Part shown: piece by piece, positions 26,704 to 41,652 of the stretch
Position numbering within the stretch: the first letter of the stretch is position 1
Layout: every line of letters starts with the position of its first letter
Assembly: GCF_009914755.1 (NCBI RefSeq)
Contig: NC_060926.1
From: the human T2T-CHM13v2.0 reference genome, Homo sapiens
Strand: one strand, 5' to 3'
DNA length: 64,000 nt
Position numbers and translations under genes: made by a program
The notes under the pieces: generated by a model
The model's input: only the letters and a program-made list of their open reading frames with translations
What the model was told of the DNA's origin: nothing
Database searches by the model: none

Positions 26704-27021
26704 TAATGTCTCCTTTTACCTAAACTAGCTGAGATAAGTTTTTGTATATTAAACAAAGATTCTCTTAGGCACAGAGTTTCTGGTCCTTTCTTATAATTGG
26801 GAGTAAGATACTAATCTTGAGCTCACTTACAATAAATCAAGAACTGGAACAATGTTTTGAGCATACTTTTGAAATGTCTGTACAATAAAACTACAGAAAG
26901 TGCTCAAAATATAAATATATTGTATATATACATACATATATATGTATATATTTGAGATATATATATATATAATATATAAACAGTAATTAACTGAGGGCAG
27001 TATTGGCACTGTAATATATGT

Positions 27022-27305
<284 letters not shown>

Positions 27306-27499
27306 CAAAAATATATTTTAATGTTAAACTATTTATATACATTAACAGCATAAATAATTTTATGCACTATAATTGCCAAGATTTTAATTTCATCTGGAAT
27401 TTTCTCACTTTGTTTACATGAATGAGAAGCTAGATCTCTTAAAATATGACTTTATGTGCTGTTCACTTTTTAAATAAAAATTTGTTTTCATTTTTGGAG

Positions 27500-27663
27500 A
27501 TGACAAGGTCAAGACAGAGCGAGAATTGCCTCCATTTATTTATGGAAGAGATTTTAAATGCCAGAATTTTCACTACAAAGAGAATCAATATTTTCATGTT
27601 CATGGAGGAATTGAATTTGATATCAGCACCCCTTCAATTGAGAATGCCTTGGAAGATTTTCAG
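27500..27663 (+). CDS. ANKAR: ANKAR coding exon 3 (DDKVKTERELPPFIYG...HGGIEFD...EDFQ)
   Basis: tttttggag acceptor, CAG|gtttaa donor, open frame, phase 1-0. Confidence 0.88.
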
Positions 27664-28318
27664 GTTTAAATGATCATTCCTTAGACAATTTATCATTTCA
27701 CAACTCTTTTATCCTATTCTCCAACCAAAAAGAGCCTCTGTTGGTACAGGCACTCGACAGCTCTCCAAATGATTATTCTCACAACTCAATAATTTTTTCA
27801 TACATTATTTTAACATCAATGAATTAAGTGCAGATATATGTAAGGTACTGTGTTGGATATCTGAGATAAAATTATAAATAAGCTAGGTACATCTATCACC
27901 CTCACAGAATTTAAAGACTTCTAATGGACTATATTTGTCCCAGAACAGGTAACCAAAGAGTGCAGTAGAAATCTCTGGACACTCAGTACACATTCTTCCA
28001 TTTTCCTCAAAGAATCAGGATTAGAACAGAGATCCTTTAAAATTTTGGAACAGTAATTCTTCACCTGGAATTTAGTATAAAAATTCTACATTTCAATTGT
28101 TATTGCTTTTCTACCTTCTGTATACTATGTGTCTTTCCTTTTGTATTTTTTCCTCATTCTCAAAGTAAGGATTAGATATATTCAGCTGCTATCCGGGTCT
28201 TCTGGAATAGTAAATTTAAAATTTGTCATTTACATGTATACTCTTTCATACAAAGAATTCTTATAATTGTTTAGATGTGTCTAAGGATATGTCTTTAGTA
28301 ACATAACTCATATTTTAG

Positions 28319-28422
28319 AAAAATTTAGAAAAAATACGAGATTGTGCTGCTAATACATTTATAGAAGATTCAGGATATAAAGAATATTACTCAATACCAG
28401 TCATGGAATTTCATGGAAAAAG
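28319..28422 (+). CDS. ANKAR: ANKAR coding exon 4 (KNLEKIRDCAANTF...FHGK)
   Basis: ttttag acceptor, AG|gtacgg donor, phase 0-2. Confidence 0.88.
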
Positions 28423-28920
28423 GTACGGAGCTTTCACTAATTACTGACATTAACTACAATTTTTTGCACGTTAGTAGAGAACAAAGAAAATGACAAAATG
28501 CAAAGGTTAATGTAAACCTTTACAATGGCGATTCCACAATAATAACCACCATGAATGACTTATGGACTCAACAAAATATTAAATGTTATAGTTATTACTT
28601 CATGTATTTGATATAGTCTGTGTAACAATCCTTAGAGCTTGTAATTAGTTCTTATAATTAACAGAGTGGTTAAATAGGGGTAGAGATGGGGATCAAATCC
28701 CAGCCTATTTGTCTTTTATGTGTTGTGGTTCTTGGATTTTTAAATATTGGACACTGAAATTTGGAAATATGGGAAGTAGAGCTCAGAGGAAACATTTTAA
28801 TTAGAGGCAAAGATTTAAAAACAAATAAGGAAGTTTTGCTTGTTGGTTCGTTTGTTTGCTTTTAAGGCATGCAAGCAGTTGGGAGGATAGGACCAAGTCT
28901 GGAACTTTGGAGAATAGTAA

Positions 28921-29483
<563 letters not shown>

Positions 29484-30225
29484 GAATACTGTATTTACAG
29501 CAATAAATAGTTGCATTTGGAGGAGAAACCCAGGTAATATTAAGAGGTGTCCCACTGACAGAGGTAGGTCAGCAGCTGAAGTATTCACCGCTGAAATCCG
29601 GGCATGGGAAGGGTACCTCATGGGGGGAAGGGGAGGAAGGTCGCCGTTTTCCCTCACCTGTGATGATAAGCAAACCCAGGGAACAGAGTTACTCAAAATT
29701 TTATCAATTTTCCATTCCAGAATGATAGGGATCAGGGCTGTTTCAAGCCCCACCTATGTTCCAGGGACCTGGTAGGAGGGGGGTTTCTCTAGTCCACTGC
29801 TGCAGTGAGTAAAAGCCAAGGAGCCATTGCCCAAAGCATCATTCCATATTACATTCAAGGTAAACTCTCGAGGAGCCAGATATAGACATAATTAGCTTAA
29901 AAGAATAAGAGGTAGGTAAGCAGACAGTTAGATGACATAGAACTTCAGCCAGAGTTAGGCCTTCCAGGAGCTTTTAGACATTGCCCCAGATCACTGACAT
30001 GGAAAGGACAGAGTCAATACAATATGAAGAAGGTATTTTTATATAAAGACTTGATTAATAACAGTTGATAACTATCTTATTAATATACTTACAGTTGACT
30101 ACAATTTAAACTACCATTTTGTATTTAATTGTTACAGAAAAATAAAAGTTTTGCCAGCATAGAAAGAGAAGTAGCAAATCACTTCAAAGTTAGAGAAACA
30201 TCTTTTTTTTCTTTATTTTTTATAG

Positions 30226-30406
30226 CTACTATGTGATCTATTTTGAACTAGAAACTTTCTATCAGCAACTATATAAGACACAGTGGTGGGGAGCCATAAA
30301 TGAAATAGTGAACAATCTGAGACTGAAAAGACTTCCACTGACAGATGCTCAATTACATGAACAATTTAAGAAAAAGCTTGGTTTCAAAAGAGCTATGAAA
30401 TGCAAG
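30226..30406 (+). CDS. ANKAR: ANKAR coding exon 5 (SYYVIYFELE...KRAMKCK)
   Basis: polypyrimidine tract plus tag, AAG|gtattt donor, phase 2-0. Confidence 0.9.
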
Positions 30407-31394
30407 GTATTTCAGTGACTACCACATAATTTAGTATATGAAGTTATGTATTATTGATAAGTATGTGTCTCAAACAGATGTTTATCCTAGGGATAATAAT
30501 AGGTTAAAGTCTTCAACATGAAATAAAATGCCACATTTTAGTAGCTGAAAGGCTATACAATTCTGGATTATAAATTTCTGGCAGAGTACCTGTTAATGCA
30601 CTGGATTGTGATTAATCTCAATAACGGCTTATACGTATTGATTGCTTATTTTGTATGTTAGGCAATATTATAAATCAATGAACTCTTTTAAGGTACGACT
30701 AGTTCTATTATTATCATTCCTGTTATACAAATGAGAAATTTGAGGTGTAGAGAGGGATCTTTCACAAATCATATAGTAAATGGCAGAGCCAGGCTTCAGT
30801 CCTGGGAACTAAAACCTAAAGAGCAGACCTAGCATCATCAAATCTCCACATCTGTTTCAACAAGCCTTGAAGTACAGCTTCTGGAACTGAGCAAAGAAGC
30901 TCACCAGCTTCAAAGGTTAGACTGGTATTTACTTTCCATTTATTTGTTTTCACGTCCACAAATTAAAACCTCAAAAATTTGTTAGTTGAATTTTTAAATA
31001 TTAGTCAGAATGTCTAAAGAGGGTGACATTTTTACCTTTGGATGACAAACTGTATTTCTACAGCTATATATTTCAAATTTCTAGACTTCTGAATTAGGTT
31101 TTTCTTAAATCAGAGAAGGAACCCAATGATCTCCATTTGCTTTTAAAATATTTTAGAAAAAAATTAATAATAAAAAATTCCCCAAAATATTTTTTAAATT
31201 CTTAATATTTGCTTATAGCTCTAACTACTTTAATCATTATCCAGTAAGAAACTTTCCATGCATGGATCTTGTGAAAATTCTACTTAATTTTAACAGCATT
31301 CATGTGATTCTGTTAATACACTTCATGTATTTTTTTCCTTAAACCAAACTTTAGGTGCATTTTGATAAACTGATTCTGGCCTTCTTAATTTTAG

Positions 31395-31614
31395 AGTATT
31401 CCATTTGGTATGAAGTCCGCTGTTGAAAGAGGGTTGTCTGCAGTTTTCCACACATTTAGCCGTAAAACCTCAAGCTCAACAATCAATGTTTCAGATGAAG
31501 CAGGTTATACTATTTTTCATCATGCTGCCCTGCACAACAGAGTTTCTATTATATGTCAACTGTGCAATGCTAACTTCAAGGTCAACCAGAGGCGCTTTGT
31601 TACGTTCAGCCAAG
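31395..31614 (+). CDS. ANKAR: ANKAR coding exon 6, first ankyrin repeat (GYTIFHHAALHNR)
   Basis: ttttag acceptor, AAG|gtacca donor, ankyrin-like motif, phase 0-1. Confidence 0.92.
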
Positions 31615-32354
31615 GTACCATAAAGTTTTTTAACCTAAAATGTTGTTATTTTATTTACCCTTACTCAGCATTAGGAATGCACGTTGATTTTAGAGCAGGT
31701 TAAAATTTGGTATTAACTAGAGCAAAGTTGAGGTTTTTGTTTCATTTATCTAAGAAAGGCTTCTTTTAGTTTTCTAAGTATCACTTATAGCTAGCTTATA
31801 TGGTTTTATATTTGCTCATTGTGTCTCCTTCATTTGAGTATAAGCTCTATAAGAGGGCAAAGATTTAGCCTACTTTATTTGCCGTGGTATACTAATGTCC
31901 AGATGAAAGTGTGGCTTAATGGTTGCTCAGAAAATATTTGTTGAGTTAATGCATGGATGGGTGAAGGCAGGATATCATTTGATAAGCACTGGCAAAATTA
32001 ATATACACTGATATACTATAGAAATTCAGAGAACAGCAATAGATATGACTGTCAGGTCCCAGTAGAACAATCATTCTTTATTCCAGGATCCTCAAACAGG
32101 GAATAGTTTCTTTATATTACATATATTTAAATTACATTTAATAACAAAAAATTTCTTTATCATAATAATGTTTAGCATTAATAGCCCCTTTAAGGTTAAC
32201 CTCATTTAAACTTTAAAAGCTATTTTTGTGATTATTAAATATGCATGGATATTTTATAATCATTGAAATAAATTTAGCTAGAATAAAAACAGAGTTGAAA
32301 ATGAAATTGGTAGCCCTCCATAACTGGAAAGGAAAATATAGATAAATTGTCAGG

Positions 32355-32585
32355 GGCAGGTGTAGTGGCTCACTACTGTCTTGCCAACACTTTGGGAGGC
32401 TGAGGCTGGAGGATCACTTTAGACTAGGAGTTCAAGATGAGCCCGGGCAGCATAACGAGACCCCCTGCCCATAAAATTAAAAAAAAAAAAAACTTAGCCA
32501 GGCTTGGTGGTACACGCCTGTAGTCCTAGCTACTCTGAGAGGCTGAAGCAGGAAGATTGCTTGAGCCCAGGAGTTTGAGGTTACA
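32355..32585 (+). mobile_element. Alu, 3'-truncated
   Basis: Alu consensus. Confidence 0.85.
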
Positions 32586-33325
32586 CATATATATGTACAT
32601 ATATATGTAAATTGTCAGGAATGGCCAATGCAACAATATTGGCAATAAGAAGTGGTGATTTTATATTTAATGAAGTCAGCTATCTTAATAAGCTATGTTA
32701 AATTTTTACAGACGCCAAAACAAAATGTTTTGCTTTAACCGTATTGAATATCCATAAATTCTGTACTCTATCAGTATGATTAAAATGTTTTGATATTCAG
32801 ATTCTTCTGTTACTGAAAATATTCAATACATAATACATAATGAACCTAATTAAAATAAGACACAATTCAATCACATTTAAATGCAATAGGTAACACTATT
32901 TAAAGATGTATTACTTTAAGCCTTTTTTAGTGTGGAAAAAGTCTTTGATAAATTAAAAGTTTCTCATGCGCCCTCTGACTGCTTGAGTTTCCATTTGCTG
33001 AGAATTAGGTAGATTTTGAAGTGTGGAAAACATAGTACTCTACTTCCAATATTATTGCTTAACCAACACAAAATTGTCCCACCTGTGAGTTTTAAGCAGC
33101 CATTTGGGGGGCAGAGTTTCCAGGTCTGCTTTTAATGCGTTGTCAGGTGCATATGACATGCCTGGATGACTTGACCAAAAGTTATTCTCAACACTGTTCG
33201 ATGTAATCTTGCCAGATACATCTACGTAGTCATTTTGTTCTTATTCATATGAGTCTTCTTGAACAACTTAGGAAACTGCTGTATATTAATGATCATACTT
33301 CTATGTGCATTCCCTTTTAAAACAG

Positions 33326-33361
33326 AGTCATCCAAAGTAGAGGTAAAAAAGGAAAGAAATG
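33326..33361 (+). CDS. ANKAR: Candidate 36-nt symmetric cassette exon of ANKAR (ESSKVEVKKERN)
   Basis: tcccttttaaaacag acceptor, ATG|gtaaga donor, phase 1-1 matching both neighbouring exons, no stop. Confidence 0.5.
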
Positions 33362-33666
33362 GTAAGACATAAATAAAGTATTTGGTGCATTTAAAAAGGC
33401 TATTGCATATATTAGAACTTTTCTTATAGTATATAATCTCTAAAATACTGTTGCATCAGAATGTTGCATAATGATGTTTTGTATTCATTTTGAAGCATAA
33501 ATTACTTTCTACTCATAGTTATTTATTGGTATTCCTCTTCAGTTTGGGGAGTTTTCTCTTTTTTTCCTGTGGAATTTGCTGTCACCTTTATTTTTTATAA
33601 ATTCAGGCCCACAAGTGGTTTCTACAACTTAAAAAAAAAAAAGTTATTATAATATAAATTAGATAG

Positions 33667-33681
33667 GCTGCCATCTAGTGG
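33667..33681 (-). promoter_or_regulatory. CTCF core motif (CCACTAGATGGCAGC on minus strand)
   Basis: Near-consensus match to the CTCF core CCASYAGRKGGCRS. Confidence 0.65.
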
Positions 33682-34904
33682 CAGTAACAATCTGTGAGGT
33701 CTGAGGAATGAGTCGTTTTTGACTGAGGTAGTAGACTTAACCTCAATGTTGGATATGGAGAAAAACAAAATGTTAAGAGGTTATACTTTCTTTGTCTATA
33801 TTTAAGAGGCTATACCTTCATACTCTGTATAAGAGAATTCAGAAAGGCTTTTGTTTTAAAGAAATTACGTACAACGAACTGAATTGTCAAGGGGGAGGGG
33901 ATAGTTACTCAAATTGGCCATCTTCCGTTAGAGGAGGAGCACAGCAAACCTGAGATGACCTCAGAGAGGGAGCCCGACCTCATTCTTCCTCCTCCAATCT
34001 CCTGCCAGAGCTATCCATTGGCAGATACTGACAAGGAGCCAGAGGACACAGGTTGCTTTTTCTGCAGGTGCAGGAGAGCCAGGGTGGTAAAGGAGGTGAG
34101 TGGAACTGGAGCGGGAAAAAAGGAAGCTTACCTGTCCCATCCGCCCTGTAGAAATTTCCAGTTGAGTAACAATAGTGTGCCTCCTACATTATTGCTCTCT
34201 CTTTTTCTTTTCTAAGTATCACTTATGGCTACCTTATATAAATTTATTTAGTTAGTTAGTCTCCCTCACTTGAATATAAAGCTCCATAAAGGACAAGGAT
34301 TTGGTCTGTTTTGTTAGCCACAGTTTCCTAACACCCAGAAAAACGCTTGGCCTTCATAGGTGCTCAGGAAATTTTTCTTGAGGGGTGTACATTTTATTGG
34401 AAACCTTAAATACTCTTCAAACAGAACATGTCTTCAATTAAGGCTCTAAGGTATTCTACACAGAAAACCAAAGTTTTTCAGATTAGAGGCAAGGAGAGGG
34501 ACAGTATAGAGGACAAGTGCTTAGTTTGCCACAAGGACCCCTCATGATTAATGCTCCTCAGCCAGCTTATCAGCTTCCTTCTCCTTTTTAGGGTTTTTTC
34601 TCCTATCTTAGCATATTCATTATATTTCTTTTTACATTTTTATTAGTGATTGCCCTAGAGTTTACCACATTCATTTACAATTATTCCAAGTCTACTTTCA
34701 GATAACACTAAGCCACTTCACCTGTAGTGTAAGTACCTTATAATAACAACATATTCCTAAGTCTTCCCACCTATCATTCATTTACTCATTTCACTTGTGC
34801 ATAAGCATATATATGTCATTCATTTCATAAATGTCATTCATTTCACTTATGCATAAGCACATATAAGTATCTATATATTCAAACCCTTTGTTGATAATGT
34901 TATT

Positions 34905-35210
34905 ATTTATTTACTTATTTTGAGATGGAATCTTGCTCTGCTGCCGAGGCTGGAGTGCAGTGGTGAGATTTTGGCTCACTGCAACTTCCGCCTCCCGGCC
35001 CCTGGGTTCAAGCGATTCTCCCACCTCAGCCTCCCATGTAGCTGGGATTACAGATGTGCACCACTACACCGTATATGTTTTGTATTTTTAGTAGAGACAG
35101 GGTTTCACCATGTTGGCCAGGCTGGTCTCGAACTCCTAACCTCAAGTGATCCACCCACCTCGGCCTCCCAAAGTGCTGAGATTACAGGCGTGAGCCACTG
35201 CACCGGGCCT
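34905..35210 (-). mobile_element. Alu
   Basis: Reverse Alu consensus. Confidence 0.9.
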
Positions 35211-36474
35211 GATAATGTTATTTTGAACAAACTGTTCTCTGTTAGCTCAATTAAGACAAAGAAACATTTTACTTGACCTTCTTTTTTTTTTTTTTATTCT
35301 CTGATGCTCGTCCTTCCTTTATGTTATGTAAGTTTCTAACCTATATCATTTTTCTTCTCTTTGGACAACTTCTTTTAACATGCCTTGCAGGGCAGGTCTA
35401 CTGGTGGCAAACTCCCTCAATTTTTGTTTGAGAAAGTCTTTATTCCTCATTCACTTTTGAAGGATAATCTTACAGGTTACAGAATTCTAGATTAGTGGTT
35501 CCATTATCTCAACACTTTATTTTCCTCCGCACACTTCCTGCTTGCATAGTTTCTGAGGAGAACTTGGGTATAATTCTTATTTTTGCTTCTCTATTAGTAA
35601 TGTGTTTTCCTCTGGCTTCTTTTAGGATTGTTTTCTTTTTAAAATAATTTTTAATTTCTGTGTGTACATAGTAGGCATATATACTTGGAGTACATGAGAT
35701 TTTTTGATACAGGCATGCAATGCATAATAATCACATCAGAGTAGAGTATCCATCACCTCAAGCATTTATCCTTTATTTGTGTTACATATAATCCAGTTAT
35801 ACTCTTTTAGTTATGTTAAAATATACAATTAATTTTTTTTACTATAGTCACCTTGTTGCGCTAGCAAATACTAGGTCTTATCTATTCTTTCTATTTTGTA
35901 CCCATTAACTATCCCCACTTCCCCCCACTACCCTTCCCAGCCTCTGGTAACCATCATTATACTCTGTATCTCCATGAGTTCAATTGTTTTAATTTTTAGC
36001 TCCCACAAATAAGTGAGAACAGGCAAAGTTTGTCTTTCTTTGCCTGACTTATTTCACTTAACATAATGACCTCCAATTCCATCCATGTTGTTGCAAATGA
36101 TAGGATCTCATTCTTTTTCATGGCTGAATACTACTCCATTGTGTATCCATCTGAATGGATAAATTTTCTCTATCCACTCATCTATTGATGGACACTTAGG
36201 TTGCTTCCAAATCTTTGTTATTGTGAATAGTGCTGCAGTAAATAGGATTATTTTCTTTATCTTTGTTTTTCTGTAATTTGAAAATGATATGCCTCGGTGT
36301 AGTTTTTTGTTTGCTTTGACATTTATTTGGCTTGGTGTTCTCTGAGCTTACCAAATCTGTGGTTTGATATGTCACATTAATGTGGAAAAATTATCAATCA
36401 TTATTGTTTTAAATATTTCTTCTTTTCCTTTCTCTCTTTCTTCTCTTTCTGTTCTTTTTTCCCCCTAGACTTTT

Positions 36475-36809
<335 letters not shown>

Positions 36810-39278
36810 TAGAGATTTCTTCCTCTGCTGCGTCTAATCTCTTTATAAGCTCATTAATGGCATTCTTCATTTCTTTTACAGTGTTTTTTATCTGTAGCAT
36901 GTCATTTTGGTTCTTTCTTAGGATTTCCATCTCTCTGTTTATATTGCCCATCTGTTCTTGCAGGCTACTTTATCCATTAGAACCCTTAGCATATTAATCA
37001 TAGTTTTAAATTCCCTGTCTGATCATTCCAACATCCCTGCCATGTCTGGTTCCGATGCTTGCTCTGTCTCTTTAAACTGTGTTTTTTGCTTTTTAAATAT
37101 GCCTTCTAAATTTTTCTTGATAGCTGAACTTGATGTATTGGGTAAAAGAAACTATATTAAATAGGCCTTTAATAATGTGATGGTAAGGTATGGGGGGAGA
37201 AGCATTCTATCATCCTATGATTATATCTCAGTCTCTTGGTGAGCCTGCGTCCCTGTACTTTGAACTTCACCAGTGCTTCTCAGTCCTCTCCCCCTGTCCC
37301 TTAGGCCAGCCAGGATGGTTAGAGGGGACTGGAGTTGGGCATTTCCCTTGCCTAGGTAGGTTAGGTTCTGATAAAACCCCAGCAGGTTAGGGTCTGATAA
37401 AAGCCCAATAGGTTAGGCTCTGGTAAAGTAGTTTCTCTTGAGAGCAGGTCTTGTTAAGAACAGAATGCCCTGGAGTATTTCAAAATGGTTCCTTTTCTCC
37501 CTCCCCCTGCTGGAAGTATGAGGGGATTTTTCTTCAATATTCACTGTGAGGACTTGATAAAACTCCTAGAGGTAAAACACATGAAAGCATGGGGCCCCAC
37601 TATGATGGATCCTTCTAGAGTTTTTAACTCTCATACTTGTCCACATTGAGCTTCTAGCAATTGTGAATTAATGTTAAGGTTTTCTTACTCCAGTAATGAT
37701 TCCTTAGGAAGTTCCTGCTTGTGAGTTTCTGCTCTACTGAGTTATGATTCTCTGAATCCATTTGTCTCTCCAATTTTGAGGGTATCAGTTTGCCCATTAC
37801 CTCACTTCTCTGACAAACTTAAGGGCTGTTGATTTCTTTAGGGTTGGTTCAGCTTTTTACTTGTTGTTAGGATGAAATGGTAACTTCTAAGCTCCTTAAA
37901 TGCCGGACCAGAAACTGGAAGACTAAACAATAATTTTAAATAAATAGATTTGGGTCAGATTTTATAGACTATTAAGGCTATAATATCAAGCTCCCACTAT
38001 GAAGGCAGGTAGGAGGACACTGGAAGTTTCTGATGGGAGAGATGTAATGAAAACAGTGGTTCACTGAGGAAATATCTTTTAAACTGAGAAATGATTAGGA
38101 GTTAGCTAGATCGGTAAGGGAGGAATTGTTTGGGAGAAGGAAGGTGTCAGAGAGCAGGAATAGTCCAGGGTGGACAGATAATTCATCATTCAAATCAAGG
38201 AGACTTGAAAGTGAAAGTGCACTATTAATAATTATGCTAGTGCAACAGACATTGACCAGTACTTTCCTGGGTAACCTGGGGCGTGTGATTATGCTACATT
38301 TGGGGAGCTACAAGAAAGCCAGAATGAGGAGAACAAGGTATGAATGGTTTTATTGGGAGGTAGATGAAGAAGGTAGTTGTAGCTGGTGCTTCAAGTTAAG
38401 TTGGAGCCAGTGGATCCTGTCACTGTTCCTCATAATCAGATGGCCTTGAGAAGCCATTGAACAAGGAGATGAAAAGATCAGATTTATGTTTTGAAAAACT
38501 GGGTTGGATAAGGGCAAAACAAGATGGGGATAGCAGTTGGGAGATGATTATGGCTTGGATTAGGATGGTGGTGGTGGTAGAGATGGGTTCTAGAGATTTT
38601 TAGACTTGGTGATGGGCTGGTTATGGAGAAGGAAATAAGAGGGAGGTGCCAAAGAGTCTTCCAGATTTGTGGTCTGTACAACTGGCTGGATCATCATATC
38701 TCTCACTGATTTAGGAAGCAATAAAAGAGAACCAGGTTTGGAGGGAAGGATAGTAGTTCAATTTTGAATACATTAAGTTTGAGGGGATGTGTGAAGATGC
38801 TTTACAAGATGTCAAAGATATAGATCTGCAAATCAGAAGAAATCAGATCTAGAGACATAATCCTTGGAGTCATCAAGTTGTATATGGTAAGCAAAGCCAC
38901 TAAGAAGAGAAAAAGGCCCAAGATTGAGCCTTAAAGTTCATTTGGATATTAGGACAATGAGAAGGTTCCAAAGGAGACTGCCAAGGTGTAACCAGTAGGG
39001 TTGGACAAAAATTGGGAGTGTGATATCACAAAAGCCAAGGGAAGAAATTATTTTAAATAGGAAGAAGTGGTCAATGGTGTAAAATACTACTGAGAAATAA
39101 GTAAGATGAGAATTGAAAAATGACAGTTGGACTTTAGTGAGAATTCACTCACTATCATGAGAACAGCATAGGGGAACTGCCCTCATGATCCAGTTACCTC
39201 TCTCCCTCAACACTTGGGGATTACAATTCGAGATGAGATTTGGGTGGGGACACAGAGCCAAACCATATCAGGTAGTAA

Positions 39279-39711
<433 letters not shown>

Positions 39712-39786
39712 TAATAAATATCTATATACAATGGAAAAAATAAAAGAAAAATGCCCATTGGATTTAGTGACATTGAGGCCTTTGTT

Positions 39787-39789
<3 letters not shown>

Positions 39790-39833
<44 letters not shown>
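39790..39833. repeat. (TA)n microsatellite
   Basis: Seen directly. Confidence 0.95.
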
Positions 39834-39839
<6 letters not shown>

Positions 39840-40259
39840 AATTTCAAAGGATCTTATCTTCAACTAAAAAACATGAGTAAAATGGAAAATAAACAAGAAA
39901 TAGTTTACCATAAGACTATTTTACACATTGACTTAAATTTTCAAATACTTAACATTTTATTTTATTTTTTTAAATATTTAATATTTTAAATGTTACTCAT
40001 TTTTCTTTGCTTATAAAAAAATATGGATTTTTAAAAATTTTTGTTTTTTGTTTCCAAGTATGGATTTTTAGTGGTTGGGATTTTTAATCCTGAGTTAAAT
40101 AAAGGAATATAGGGTTGTCTAAATTTTTTTTTAATGCTTACTTTGGAGATTTTATATCATACAATACTAAGCTCTGTGGCTGGATATCAATAAGGCATTT
40201 AGGTTTTTTTTAGGAATGGTAGTGCTGTGATCACTGAAGTAATTGTCCATCCATTCTAG

Positions 40260-40461
40260 GTCCAACACCTCTACACCTTGCTGCACAGGCTTGCTCATTA
40301 GAAACAACAGTTTGTCTACTGTGTTCCAAAGCTGATTACACGCTTTCTGAAAAAAGAGGCTGGATGCCGATTCACTTTGCCGCTTTCTATGACAACGTTT
40401 GCATCATTATTGCTCTCTGTAGGAAGGATCCTAGTTTGCTAGAAGCTGAGGCAACAGCTGA
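40260..40461 (+). CDS. ANKAR: ANKAR coding exon 7, ankyrin repeats (GPTPLHLAA; GWMPIHFAA)
   Basis: ttctag acceptor, GA|gtaagt donor, TPLH motif, phase 1-2. Confidence 0.95.
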
Positions 40462-41229
40462 GTAAGTCATTAAGCATTTATATCAGGTTGAGGTTGATGT
40501 CTAGGCAATAATAAAAAAAAAGAAGAAAGAAAATTAAATAGAATATAAATTTCTGCTTTTCATGGCTTGCCACACACACTGCCACTAAAAGGTGATAGGT
40601 GTGGGTGATCTGAAAGGTATGTAAGGCTTACTCTGCTATCCTTTCTACTCACTGTCTCGTCCTAACCACTTATCATTAGAATTTATAAAGGCGAGAGCTT
40701 CTATTAACCTATGCATGTTTTCTGGAAGAATAAGGACTAATCCCCAGGGAGTTTTTCCTAACCTTGTTCCAGTAGTATGGTTCTGCAGATTAACTTTTCA
40801 TGTTAAATGCTTTGCTTAGTGCCCTGGAAGAAGCCTGAGACTAGGGAGGAGAGGGTTGCTCCAAACTGGATCCTACACAACCAGGAGGCAGCCCTAGGAC
40901 TTCAGATCAAAGCGGATGGACTTTGGATTACAGGAGAAATATTTAGTGGTATCTGGAAAAGAAATACATTAAAAAGAATAAAATAACTTTGAAATTAAAA
41001 AATCCCAACAATCTTTTGTTTCACATTTTAGCTGCGGATCAGCATTTAGGGTAAAGGTGTAACTTCTCCTGAAGGTACATCCTTGGCTAGAAATCTAAAG
41101 GCCAGGTCATTACTTTGGATCTCTGAACCTGATTTAGGCATAGTTTCATTCAAGTTTTTCTAGGTCTTTGAGTAACCTTTCCACTATTATTCAGTGGTCT
41201 AGGGCTAGTATAATGATGGCTTGACAGTA

Positions 41230-41298
41230 TGAGGGACACCAGCTTCCTCTTGTTGCTCTTAACATGTGGAAGCCACCAGAGGAAGCTGGTGTCCCTCA
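41230..41298. repeat. Perfect 21-bp inverted repeat with a 27-nt loop
   Basis: tgagggacaccagcttcctct (41230-41250) / agaggaagctggtgtccctca (41278-41298). Confidence 0.95.
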
Positions 41299-41348
41299 GA
41301 TGGCAACTCCTGCTTTCACCATCATGTCTAGCCATGAGAAGAAAGAAG

Positions 41349-41652
41349 AGGCCAGGTGCGGTGGCTCAAACCTGTAATTCCAGCACTTTGGGAGGCCAAG
41401 GCAGGCAGATCACTTGAGGTCAGGAGTTCGAGACCAGCCTGGGCAAAACCCCGTCTCTACTAAAAATACAAAAATTAACGGGTATGGTGGTCCATGCCTG
41501 TAATACTAGCTACTCAAGAGGCTGAGGCATGAGAATCACTTGAACCGAGAGGCAGAGCCTGCAATGAGCTGAGGTCACACCACTGCACTACAGCCTGGGT
41601 GACAGAGTGAGACTCCATCTCAACAACAACAACAACAACAACAACAACAAAA
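41349..41652 (+). mobile_element. Alu with (CAA)n tail
   Basis: Alu consensus; CAA repeat 41621-41650. Confidence 0.9.

Noticed and set aside
37355-37432. Short aggttagg..ctgataaa repeats resembling a CRISPR-like or telomeric array
   Set aside because: Three degenerate copies inside an old L1 region of a human intron; no repeat-spacer structure
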